A program made the translations under genes and the position numbers. Positions 29,201 to 34,215 of a stretch of 64,000 nucleotides of DNA are shown here, piece by piece (positions within the stretch are counted from its first letter, which is position 1; each line of letters begins with the position of its first letter). Below the pieces are notes generated by a model. That model saw only the letters and a program-made list of their open reading frames with translations. It was not told where the DNA came from and made no database searches. This stretch comes from a virus: IMG/VR virus record IMGVR_UViG_3300020438_000001, positions 1 to 64,000 of that record. One strand, 5' to 3'.

Positions 29201-30780
29201 TCTTGCTCTCTTGCTCCTTGTACGTCACCATTTTCTATAGCCTTTCTTCTTTTTTCTAAAGATTTTTGTATAAGATCGGCTCTTCCTCCTATCTCTTTCA
29301 GTCTAGCCTGATCTAAAGCTGCTTGAGCTTTTCTATTTTTTATTGTTGCTACACCACTAAAAATACCCCCTCCTATAGTACCCATTGTAGTAGCCGCCCA
29401 AAAATCTCCTCTAGATGCATAATCATTCATACGATTAACCCAGCTTGACCCAGACATAAACTCTCTGTTTTCATAGCCAGTATTACCCATCATTATATCT
29501 CCAAGGCGTATACCTTCTTGCATACTCATAAAGTTAATCTGCTCTTCTATACCTTCTGAGTAAGCCCATAATGCTGGAGGTATAACAGGTTTAATATAAT
29601 TGTAAGCTTTGCCTATTCTTGTCTTAGGAACTTTAGGCGCTTTAAGTGTAGCATTTTGAGCTTTTTGTACTTTAGTTGAATGTCTACCAAATATGTTTGC
29701 TCCTGGACGAGTACTAAATTTCATTGGACCAAACCATAATCCTGCTTGAAGTATATCAAATCCAACATTACTCCAGTTTAGACTATAAGAATTAGATGCA
29801 GCCTGTCCTGCAACATGATTTGCTATTTTATCTTTTGCATAAGGATCGCCAGCTTTAATACCTAACTCTTTTAAAATAGCTTCACCATTTGAAGAGTTTA
29901 TAAAATTATCAAAATTCTTAGGATCTTGTAAGTAGTCCAAATTCTTTTGGAATGAATGATCCCATGTTTCTCCAGCCTCTCTAAAGTTTTCCATATGCCT
30001 CATAGAAATACCCATAGCCATAGAGTTTCTTACGAAGTTAGTAGCTCTACCAGCAGTCAATGCTCCTTGTAGTTTACGTGAAGCATTTGCTACCATCGCA
30101 CTTCTAGAACCTTTACCCGCTCCTGCTAAATATCTCATCCCTCTACCCATATAAGCAGCTCCTCTAGCTGCAACCATACCCGGAATAAGTAAGGATAGTG
30201 TAGATGCAACAGACACTCCATTTGATGCCCACCATCCTGAATCATAAGGGTCCCATCCTCTACCTGGATTTTCCTGGTATATAGGTGTAAACTCTTTTGT
30301 AGCTTCTCTTATATCTCCACCTAAATCAGTTAACCAATTTTGAAAGTCACTTTCCCAAGGCATTTTACCCATAAACATACCACCAATAGCATCTCCTAAT
30401 GCGCCAAAACCTTCTAATGTTCCACCTCCAACCTCACCTATAATAGCTTGATTTAAAAATCCTCCAAGCTGTTGCATACCTGATTGTTCGCTGGCTCTTC
30501 TACTATTTATATTATGTATATTTTCTATATCCCAATTAACATCAGGCATAGCATTATAGTCCGCCTCAAATACAGTAGGTGTTTGAAACCTTTGATTTGA
30601 GTTTGCTTGCGTATATCTAATAACATCTAATGAGTTTTCAATATCTAAAGGATACTGTACAGCATCTTCATTGCTTGGTAATTGTGGACCGCTTTCATCT
30701 TGTGGTAAAGCAGTAATTGGATTTAATGTAGTATTCATCTTTGCTATATCCAAAGATGAGCCTTTTTTAGGTTCTCCCAT
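14218..30780 (-). CDS. Giant (5520 aa) putative virion-delivered polyvalent protein containing a beta-prime-like RNAP barrel and a RecB-like nuclease
   Basis: Uninterrupted 16.5-kb ORF. It has a Gly-rich hydrophobic N-terminal region, a long charged helical region, acidic linkers, the RNAP DPBB motifs (aa 3211-3337) and PD-(D/E)XK motifs (aa 4303-4495). Confidence 0.85.
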   Translation of the reverse strand: MGEPKKGSSLDIAKMNTTLNPITALPQDESGPQLPSNEDAVQYPLDIENSLDVIRYTQANSNQRFQTPTVFEADYNAMPDVNWDIENIHNINSRRASEQSGMQQLGGFLNQAIIGEVGGGTLEGFGALGDAIGGMFMGKMPWESDFQNWLTDLGGDIREATKEFTPIYQENPGRGWDPYDSGWWASNGVSVASTLSLLIPGMVAARGAAYMGRGMRYLAGAGKGSRSAMVANASRKLQGALTAGRATNFVRNSMAMGISMRHMENFREAGETWDHSFQKNLDYLQDPKNFDNFINSSNGEAILKELGIKAGDPYAKDKIANHVAGQAASNSYSLNWSNVGFDILQAGLWFGPMKFSTRPGANIFGRHSTKVQKAQNATLKAPKVPKTRIGKAYNYIKPVIPPALWAYSEGIEEQINFMSMQEGIRLGDIMMGNTGYENREFMSGSSWVNRMNDYASRGDFWAATTMGTIGGGIFSGVATIKNRKAQAALDQARLKEIGGRADLIQKSLEKRRKAIENGDVQGAREQDELMALQLALNSAQAGNMDQLEEMMNDPAFTDMLKETGQSESELATRKADLINILRTTEKKFNNYRNRATSSKWGAGVAGALTELDMSVTMYDKLIKEIDQQIEQNINDDIYNVEQYNIGPNTKQRHELQLKKRSLQDQLSKFELAKERAEDVANDTTATKEEKEKSKALAENFNQYINNLQDLIARNETEENVLKKASEETYEDKDLRAENDFLSKVDKGSLVTLQNKKQLFTWNRDAAWNRLQDLLKEENPYYSNSSEAEALGDIAVVGKERIKEEAENNGIIEDFKEAVKKNPEMTEEQVTEFFAQYPDNIKIQEFYNEFIEAFRNAKEEQSIQKSYEENKTNLKNLAEQARKEINDEIGRKIEELKKELFNPKLSRRDAAKRAKMEQEWRETQGRSTAYLYGDAESINMPISELFDEVIQTVGVVWGNKVGSIYRDAETNELIFRDGTTLTEYIVDESPSAHDSRYRNALGQFTQGPTLGSLDMLLRRDDLLGIEINADGKTFNINNEYFNNLSDNPVDAIEYDASGSVVSVTLTKWNGKKVTFTNPLVTYEIADVIETLEAVKRTAFRNLVNNDFLIIEQNGNEYIVTYETDLFDGSLVVKDIDGALVEGTESVAVRRQANIQLSNAIQETINNIKNKYNEANSTKPAAAPRLTENAFSEGQVEQSEDPAKTEERITAELNAENRTSEAGPNASQSKLEITEQGELIDVLGESIEVNQGQIEEITNEGEIPTVENPDAVSAIEEQNAIIEATEDPQSGKTVKEEEGSIVTVPGATTQTQPALQKAYLEFFQPQVISVVGPNGKFTQAKDKDGMLIPMWTAPGKKGGFYFKDITELTPTELQQLEDESNDRVQLVYYNPPLLVNDKPIYEGGRIVEESKMAPWQGWDYQKKQVKGEQQVLIVVPDAVKEKDLFDFKLLNSPDLGVGTKVILRIEPEYKYYPSSQSGDVVVTVRLASDPSKVLSVLSKKTAQSRAFRTRIAAMGTKDVTATIAGKTSGYVINIKKDGKSIQRPISGDMIIGVGQDQTVRYNNSDVSVSPTSYIEQGRVYIALESANGQMVPVRAETSLLTEKAIDKVIEIIKMQGVAPKEKRELVNKIVYTPVGARQDQTFKQANSKRILAMDNLVVKIPIPGTNRVIGIQYNMEGLGDKMRNNFQDAMDGKPFLFKEYDSQGNVISHELRRSEDISQFGQIPTIIRDYLATKVFNVQKHLINSKQEYFSPLQNESFKDYNTYLSEMGIVTTDVPGGSSQKFHHAKIYIEEGTPVKNQMPDFINEGVEVIGTPEIIIEAEQEEAREVLGQNVDILVDEPEVQRVTDVFGDESSTEITDTTTDTIEEIDPNKLDEDIDIKFRKYEDLEGAVDLISDIEKQWFLSRFGEEGLTVLNRLKYITLKDGRQAFGYYHRGMVTVAENAPTGTMYWEAFRRIYDLHLTPEEKTSIEMEAINKYGQEADIETRLAEEFMNYRLTEDESGLGSTIKKFFKELLYYIKNMLGMSSAIETLFRDITNRDFILPQEDAALQSQVQAPLLREKTGFTVEQVDEIVGVMNYNLKNKLQEEYGDKWLEVMKDPKLMKSTYSKLQQGFIETGERLQQSENETLRKIGNNFMLVAQENNWKDRTDDLDNLVSPGFESLAVKALDNQFGIKYKIKRDGKIDTETVPFVEETTTEIEANDDVSLDEQVALNEEQSKERIHGVNYYHSSTKPTLSKDIKIELGFIKSEKGKFLGSNRYLPFDEVYAYLSVALANTPGGNVLNRLEKLAEKGHPMASEVLTVYAASSPQWQNKFVAHFNKQNIQFKTLLLDENGETRTILTNRNGLKNQIINIWNSNRLESPVFQEENGENDLIDLTEVEKIRQSYDKLLPLLKNQGDLTNQEHKGQYLRIMKDTLDMVGIKFDNVVWEGIYNDETVRAIDLEQYMRGTNSFGAGILRALESGISPYMAGNMESAALKNLAELAVDYTIDNYIASFMSGNKKPIYAINLNTYDSKTTLELSSEETYEAAILSRYNDVFYSPTEKYRHLILDLLFNNPEVRANFALSTFDVVKEKNAASRSNAYDTMNQKLSAISRFAMFYNNGFKYGEFNTGTKGDKTQWKFLSLPKIGPENAALGLWKSGKTGLDGWYETGVELLMPAALGEMARIAKTNDQLSGFNPIALSEQRQNVHYKNKPGDQQGNGTRFIQFPQLNDPKYKIFNQGGLIRKGVNASSMAQIEELRVGLKEGLLKYLQDNVQQTITAFAEAGAINVTGSSITNESLPMSALRGDIINNDITTAITRFAVNDLVYKTYMQTTFGPDLAYYKTDDTGNPIIEAGKRAYQSITPGLEPVWNEQKQYGLKPKFTHTILEDIFKDGDTARFQKILENAGTETKEAKRIANAYTKINKTDAQGFTTLEFHKNLMESDGTWTDEHTDAYNKYWVKGLMGDPASKKLLLNPRKTYYFGERLITDSQGNQTITFEQIKHSTIPLIREFTEMFKGTEEQVSLNNLRQRMEAVGKYKGLQPIDMANFESALKVGASGIENISNLEGLNVEILETKNLRSPQVIETKTKAPLDGTQMAKLILSNILDSYNYNVFGGKYNGKQIKDLYNEIYAERIKRSHDALTNELGWDSYQQAIQSTDLETRNKAQLDFLLKVKDVAINSLEERDLPDNYYLAMKIEKLVDDVNAYGFEAPLSFPPFAKRFESILLSLFKNRVLKQRFNGMSVVQVAEFGYELDSQLEIRQHANGGVYAEVALPYELAAKLGLKPGDTVDSNVDQQLFEIMGYRIPTQGKNSMLSLKITKVLPENMGGVIILPAEITTMMGSDFDIDKMYLMFPEISKAKTKISAFNADIYETKKDFTGVSDKALTNALFDIRQSIITSKHHVKELMDPLDSNTYTLKLAEYEKLGIVPNLSDLNINSTAADMYLEKINKDAALLIGLFSLHSTGHAVAQDMDVKLKDDFAVNIQAEGSRSHTNLSRVLGFNGQFISSYISENQNEALDNAKYQRIGRAGVTVYNNGVVSLLNRIGFSNEGVALDFINQPILREFFAERNLQEEKTDYAIAKDIAKKYEMLDTFELLREQTIHTPSAASLKKDLGGTLADKELAKRQTQILYDMLRYLQAGRDLSKFNMIVSPETLKNFSRLSFLEQFNNTVTYLNSESSAINIGNSTDRIDAYINYGIKAAEQFTGQFVPFNGPGFSLLKTNIAQLTGQRDGIMTPDLSDVINSFGLFYSLTKRTSPFGDLLYNKRDALQKKLFNKPTSLLNDVIRIKKKYNLQNDPFLGMLYNSAENTGRAQFLQTIAFNNTTKLSPAQKNKITDRWAELLMDPRAEVRNLAQDLVRYSVLTSGFMLGPNSFVDLVPMSYWSASGLTDFFRKEERGMGYANYFDEGAAEQIIRNMFTDRNLLKTVDSKNLSTSDNMRKSLNMTQNEYFVHEDANNNLVVPSVDPLVDEYVSYFKSFNEGKFRLYKHVRDSKTGAIYEEIQPLGERFKYVEMAGETLMLESVHPRNKVLNPAPSKQLNPTITDITEEENPGSTSSINDIMPQLSPVVKESILADLDARLETWLLEHFNIPVEKYDNLKEKLGLDAIGVADMANKVVQIQNSRDRYTLPEEAGHFYIEMMDQSPLKTRLFDLVSQTKLYQDVLKEYEGVYTTDEQFIKEAAGKVLSRYIVGQELGIEPEFVRGSGLMNTLRNLWESIKRFFRGGNTAANDLSAQLSEVLGPAAVAITSGVNPGGLSIENIGINKYYALQTQNITGLAAQLLKRGTALAASKIPYLKNYSQKDAMNQLIGESNMIMAPTEQDNYYVQDGVKMNRVSRLLEIFQDPFNQQEMAEKVAANNRKEGNVFNTANKVQKLWDFLRDDMGTGLHNVMEQLVQQQTDEVALAAVPEEHRGAFKKALPNLKAWVEAKINDGSTLYSEVKVADKSDLLAGSVDIIEITPTGRKIIHDFKTKMRGKFGNIEQSLPAFKGALASIPNTLLNKYRLQLSFYKHIIEEKGITIDEINIVPLEADVTMDIDGNITFDNIGLATSNTPVINKLNNMKPISKKVIKSAISYISPEFDAANKKIEKEQDAVARVFENAKNQILRKIDFYKKSNNKEYSDKLQELYNELDEIGEKEGLITFTKRAIRDINAAHGRLKELVRNNAVTPKNLNQIYQFVKSYDSLEEITLMAPMLVESGFENMIEKYVMPAIAKKNLVYEEYKALGRPLIAEALAKLSTNPNVTVEKLEAELLTAGRDITFMARWLDSLGDSTQTELATMDKLIVLQRGKVNQATQELMYGTKTTKSLMKIMKDLEKYQFDNGVNLYNNREVYDFMLEQDTDGNYTGNVVTAQEVRWRELKQEFMDSENFSNSKEEWQEFYRENQAKDYQSQKFKDIANMSKEDPRRVFYEFYVENYMYAQKLLPTQYRKGAQLPSLRATAAEKVLEKKGKFPTRLKDAAKEMWTETFTKHEDNVSYGEYVDAAGNPLDFVPVHYSRAIGNQEGQLSPEDLSYDLGSGLKMFFTMANNFKEMSEILDVLEVGKELIKTRRVTKLSSGIAKKDQIGKDITVAGEDSRAYARLSDYFDMQVYGKRKKDMGAVTIMGKEIDIAQSLDAFLQAGSFRVLALNKHAGLSNATFGEMMSFIEGYANQHYGVGNYLKATGIYAASIGGLTKDVMSRQPSSKLGMINELFDFQQHFDEYGNRLEHRKLGLRTNASALFFMMSLGEHAIQSQMAVAQMLNTKFKTSKGEVNLYDAYSVVDGRLELDSEVAEQFSDTDRILFAERAAAAYQRIHGIYNTKDRNALQQYAVGRWAMQFRKWLRPGMLRRFQGAEKLFYNKDSKFRGPEYNERLQSFTEGNYVTALKFMNRIKKEVMAMRFQTLPQQWKKLEEFEQQNIRRALGESVGYFMLTLLGSSLGFGYDPDDEDGSANMTALDWQMLYNVKRVQAEMGFYTTSSFFEILRTPAANMTTIEAYWKFISQLMSDGSSLMTGGDYERYKRDAGRYKKDDPKILKRFHNILPGKEWYTKPEDKLSWFDLK
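17290..17875 (-). other. RecB-family PD-(D/E)XK nuclease domain inside the 5520-aa ORF (aa about 4303-4495)
   Basis: MGTGLHNVMEQL, AGSVDIIEI (Asp 4435, nt 17476-17478), IIHDFKTK (D-x-K at aa 4449-4451, nt 17428-17436) and RLQLSFYKH (QxxxY). Confidence 0.7.
20770..21150 (-). other. Beta-prime-type double-psi beta-barrel (RNAP catalytic) segment inside the 5520-aa ORF (aa 3211-3337)
   Basis: FKNRVLKQRFNGMSVVQV, then VALPYELAAKLGL, then YRIPTQGKNSML, then MMGSDFDIDKMYLMFPE. These are collinear with E. coli beta-prime GKRVDYSGRSVI, GLPKKMALELF, NRAPTLHRLG and NADFDGDQMAVHVPL. DFDID is encoded at nt 20794-20808. Confidence 0.75.
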
Positions 30781-30808
30781 TTAAACTAATTTTAGTTTAT
30801 TAATATGT

Positions 30809-33800
30809 TTACCATGACGGATAAACCGCTGGCGTTTCTGTTCTAAATTCTCCTGCTGACCAATGCCACCATTCTTCATCGAATTGTCTTATTGGTTGTA
30901 AGTCTTCACCTCTAATACCAGTATTACGTGGCGAAGATAGTGAATTATATACAGACGTTAATTGGTTCTTTAAGAAATTTTCAAATAGTAACGAACCATT
31001 AGATTTTAATTCTGATATTCTTACACCTCTTTGAGTTCCGGTTTTACCTTCACCTGTATTTTTTGTTCCTATAGTAGTAACTGAATTAGATCCTACGGAC
31101 GCAATATTCTCTGATGTAGTTAATATTAAGTCATAGTCACCTTTAGTTTGGCTAAGATCGATAGCTTGACCCATAACATGGAATCCTCCTACATTCGGAT
31201 TTGCTATAGGATCGCCTTTTCTGCCTCCATCTACCCAAGCAGTATATTTATTCAACTGTTCTTGATAAGTTCTGTTAGAATTATTAATAGGAATAGCTGC
31301 GCCATTATACATACCGTTTCCATTTACCCAATTTAGTGTAATGTCTCCACTTACTATTGCAGCCTGTACTGTAGTCTCTGTTCCATCAGAAAGAATTACC
31401 GGAGTATCTTTATACTCTTCTCCTAATTTATCAGCAACCATCTCAAGTGTGTCTCTTGACTTACTACTATAATCCAGTTCAGCAGTCATTACTTGATTTG
31501 CAAACTTAATATTTGTTCCTAATAATCCATGATTAGTCGTACCAAATAACATGTTCTTTTCTATTCTGTCTCCTGAATAAGATGTTTGTCCGGGGCTTAA
31601 TTTAGTTGAATATGGCATTCCGGTTATATCTATTTCTCTAGCTTCTGAAGTCTCAGTAACTGGAGCGTTTTGTACAGCTATAGGATAGTTTCCTGTAGGC
31701 TTGTTCTCTGACATATGGTTCTTCCAGAACTCTAATGAACCAGAGAATTGAGGAGAATTTAATGCAATTAATTGCGATAACTGACTAGCTTCTATATCTG
31801 TTGGGAATAGTTCCTGTCCAGTAGTGTATTCATAAGATCCGTCTGGATTTATAGCTGCTACTAAACCTGCTTGCGGTCTAAATAAAAACTCACTATTAAC
31901 TATAGGAGTTCCTTCAGGAGTTTGGTTAAAGTAATACATACCTAACATTCTTCCATCACCGTCTCTATACATACTTGGAGCAACGTTTCCATTAATTGTT
32001 GCCGCTGATTGTATATCCATTTGAGCTGCAAAATTATTATTAAATACCATCTTCTCTGTAGGAGTAGTTGCTCTTGTATACTTTAAACCCTCCTCATCAT
32101 AATCTTCAGTTAAACTTAACCAAGACTGTTTTAATTCAGTAGGAGCATCAAAGTATAATGTCATTGTTGTATTTTCAGCGTCAGCACCATCTGTTGGTAT
32201 ACTAATCATACCTTTATAGTTACCTGTACTTGGATCAGGTACAGTAGTCCAAACAATAGGTAATTCATCATCTATAATATATTCTTCTACTACCTCATCT
32301 TTAATTATCTCATTCTCCATTAATGTATTAAGACTTACTTCTTGGCCTTCACTATTAGTAAATAAGAAGTCATCTTTAATAAAATTAGACTGCATTGCTT
32401 TAGTTACATCTGCATCTAGGCTCTTACTTAAAGTTGTATTCCAAGTAGGTAGCTTAGCGCTTCTACCTCCATACCATCCCTCCGTACCAAAGTTTTCTAC
32501 ATTCGACTTCATAGCATTAAATAGATCTCCTTCCGGATTATTAAGATATGATATAAATCCTTCGCTATAATCATATCCTAGATGTTGTGTAGTTAAAGAC
32601 TTTTGGCCATCCCAATCTCCCATATTTACAGGAAATCCTTTGTCATCAAACTCAACAAGATTATATCCTCTATTAGTATATCTTGGTGATCCTATTTGAA
32701 CTGTTTTCTTTTGACCGTTTCCATCAACATACTCAATTAAATCAGGGAATCCAGGAGGTCCTCCTATTCTTCTCATCTGCATACCATTTGCAGTTTCTTG
32801 TATTAGATTCTTCTGTGAGAATGCAGCTGCCTCATATTGATATTTAGCTCTTGCTATTTCATCTTGTTTAGCTCGATGCATTTCCTCATCCATAGTTCCC
32901 TGCTCTTTCAATAACTCATATTCATTTAATGTTGCTTCATAAGTTTTCTTTCTATCAACAACTAATGAATTAAAGTCTTGTATAGGCTGTCCTCCAGTCT
33001 GTATTGGAGTACTAGGATCATCTACTTTATGAGGTTTAGCATATGACACTACCGGTGTACTTCCTACTATTACAGGAACCCAGTCTGTCTTAGGAGCTCT
33101 TCCTTTATTTTTATTCTTTTCTAGCACCGACTGATCCCAGGTTAAGCTATCAAATACATCTGACATTAGGAATTTCTCACCCATAGCTCCTACATAATTT
33201 GTTTTAGCAAGGTCATAAGCACTTCCAGTTAAACCATTATCATCATTTAATGATGATATAGCCTCATTTCTTTGAGCTAGTCTAGAATTAATAGCTTCTT
33301 GTTGGTCTTCATTAGGGTTATTTCCATACATCCCTCGTATATCCTCTTCACTACCAAACATATTATCTATAGCATTAGTAGCTGCTCCTAATACCATTTC
33401 GTCATCCATTCTATATTTAACAACATAATCTAATTCATTCTTGAATCCATCACTTAAGTATTGTTTATTTTGATGGGCTGCTTGATATAATTTAGATAAC
33501 GTTATACTCTTCTGCTCTTTAGTAACTTTAGCTCCAGTTCGTGCATTTTCTTGAATAATTTTATCTATATCTGGTTTAACATATTTAAAGATATTTTCAT
33601 TAGCTTCTGCTAACTCGTCTACTTTTGGATGTAATCCAGTATATTTAAATGGTTTTAATCTACCCTCAGTTCCATAAATACCTCTAGAATCGTCAGTAAG
33701 ATTCCATGATAAGTCTTCATTTTGACCATCTGTACCAGTTCTGTACCACCCTTGCCAGTTACCTTCAGTAGCTAATACAGGATTAAAATCATCATCATAA

Positions 33801-34204
33801 TCACCGGTTTCTTTAGCTTTAGCAATTTTTTTCTGCAACCTTTCAGTCTCCTTAGTAGAAGATTTAATAATACCTAAGTTGCCTTGTAATATTTCTAGCT
33901 CAGTTCTATTCTTGATTTTCTTTAATACTGGTGTCATATCAGCATATCTACCTTCATGTTTATCGTATAGATCACTAAGCTCAGTTGTTAATCCCTGTCT
34001 GTACTGAGTTAAATATTCCGCATGCTCAGGACTAGACGCCTTAATCTTTAAGATCTCATCATCCAATGACTCGGCTAATGCCTCTGCATCATTATGTTCT
34101 TTTTGTTTAGTAGCATAAGCTAAAGACATCTCCTTAAACGGGAGAGGTACATGGGTATTTATTAGTGGCTGTTCAGCCGGTTTCATGAATCTATTTACTG
34201 CCAT
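30809..34204 (-). CDS. Large (1131 aa) virion/ejection protein with a C-terminal LAS-type (M15/VanY-like) peptidoglycan peptidase
   Basis: GGFHVMGQAIDLS matches HxxGxAxD (His1009, Asp1016) and DEEWWHWS (His1114) matches the ExxH-type second motif of LAS metallopeptidases. The N-terminal two thirds have no recognisable motif. Confidence 0.75.
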   Translation of the reverse strand: MAVNRFMKPAEQPLINTHVPLPFKEMSLAYATKQKEHNDAEALAESLDDEILKIKASSPEHAEYLTQYRQGLTTELSDLYDKHEGRYADMTPVLKKIKNRTELEILQGNLGIIKSSTKETERLQKKIAKAKETGDYDDDFNPVLATEGNWQGWYRTGTDGQNEDLSWNLTDDSRGIYGTEGRLKPFKYTGLHPKVDELAEANENIFKYVKPDIDKIIQENARTGAKVTKEQKSITLSKLYQAAHQNKQYLSDGFKNELDYVVKYRMDDEMVLGAATNAIDNMFGSEEDIRGMYGNNPNEDQQEAINSRLAQRNEAISSLNDDNGLTGSAYDLAKTNYVGAMGEKFLMSDVFDSLTWDQSVLEKNKNKGRAPKTDWVPVIVGSTPVVSYAKPHKVDDPSTPIQTGGQPIQDFNSLVVDRKKTYEATLNEYELLKEQGTMDEEMHRAKQDEIARAKYQYEAAAFSQKNLIQETANGMQMRRIGGPPGFPDLIEYVDGNGQKKTVQIGSPRYTNRGYNLVEFDDKGFPVNMGDWDGQKSLTTQHLGYDYSEGFISYLNNPEGDLFNAMKSNVENFGTEGWYGGRSAKLPTWNTTLSKSLDADVTKAMQSNFIKDDFLFTNSEGQEVSLNTLMENEIIKDEVVEEYIIDDELPIVWTTVPDPSTGNYKGMISIPTDGADAENTTMTLYFDAPTELKQSWLSLTEDYDEEGLKYTRATTPTEKMVFNNNFAAQMDIQSAATINGNVAPSMYRDGDGRMLGMYYFNQTPEGTPIVNSEFLFRPQAGLVAAINPDGSYEYTTGQELFPTDIEASQLSQLIALNSPQFSGSLEFWKNHMSENKPTGNYPIAVQNAPVTETSEAREIDITGMPYSTKLSPGQTSYSGDRIEKNMLFGTTNHGLLGTNIKFANQVMTAELDYSSKSRDTLEMVADKLGEEYKDTPVILSDGTETTVQAAIVSGDITLNWVNGNGMYNGAAIPINNSNRTYQEQLNKYTAWVDGGRKGDPIANPNVGGFHVMGQAIDLSQTKGDYDLILTTSENIASVGSNSVTTIGTKNTGEGKTGTQRGVRISELKSNGSLLFENFLKNQLTSVYNSLSSPRNTGIRGEDLQPIRQFDEEWWHWSAGEFRTETPAVYPSW
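30812..31327 (-). other. LAS/M15 zinc peptidase domain (aa about 960-1131 of the 1131-aa ORF)
   Basis: H-x6-D at nt 31157-31180 and WHW at nt 30860-30868. Confidence 0.65.
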
Positions 34205-34215
34205 TTTTTATTTTT

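Noticed and set aside
14218-30780. Hypothesis that the 5520-aa protein is an N4-type virion RNAP with a T7-like single-subunit polymerase core.
   Set aside because: I found no T7/N4-type motifs (motif A D-x-x-x-x-G, motif B R-x-x-x-K-x-x-x-x-x-x-Y-G, motif C H-D). The only polymerase-like signature is the beta-prime DPBB pattern with DFDID.
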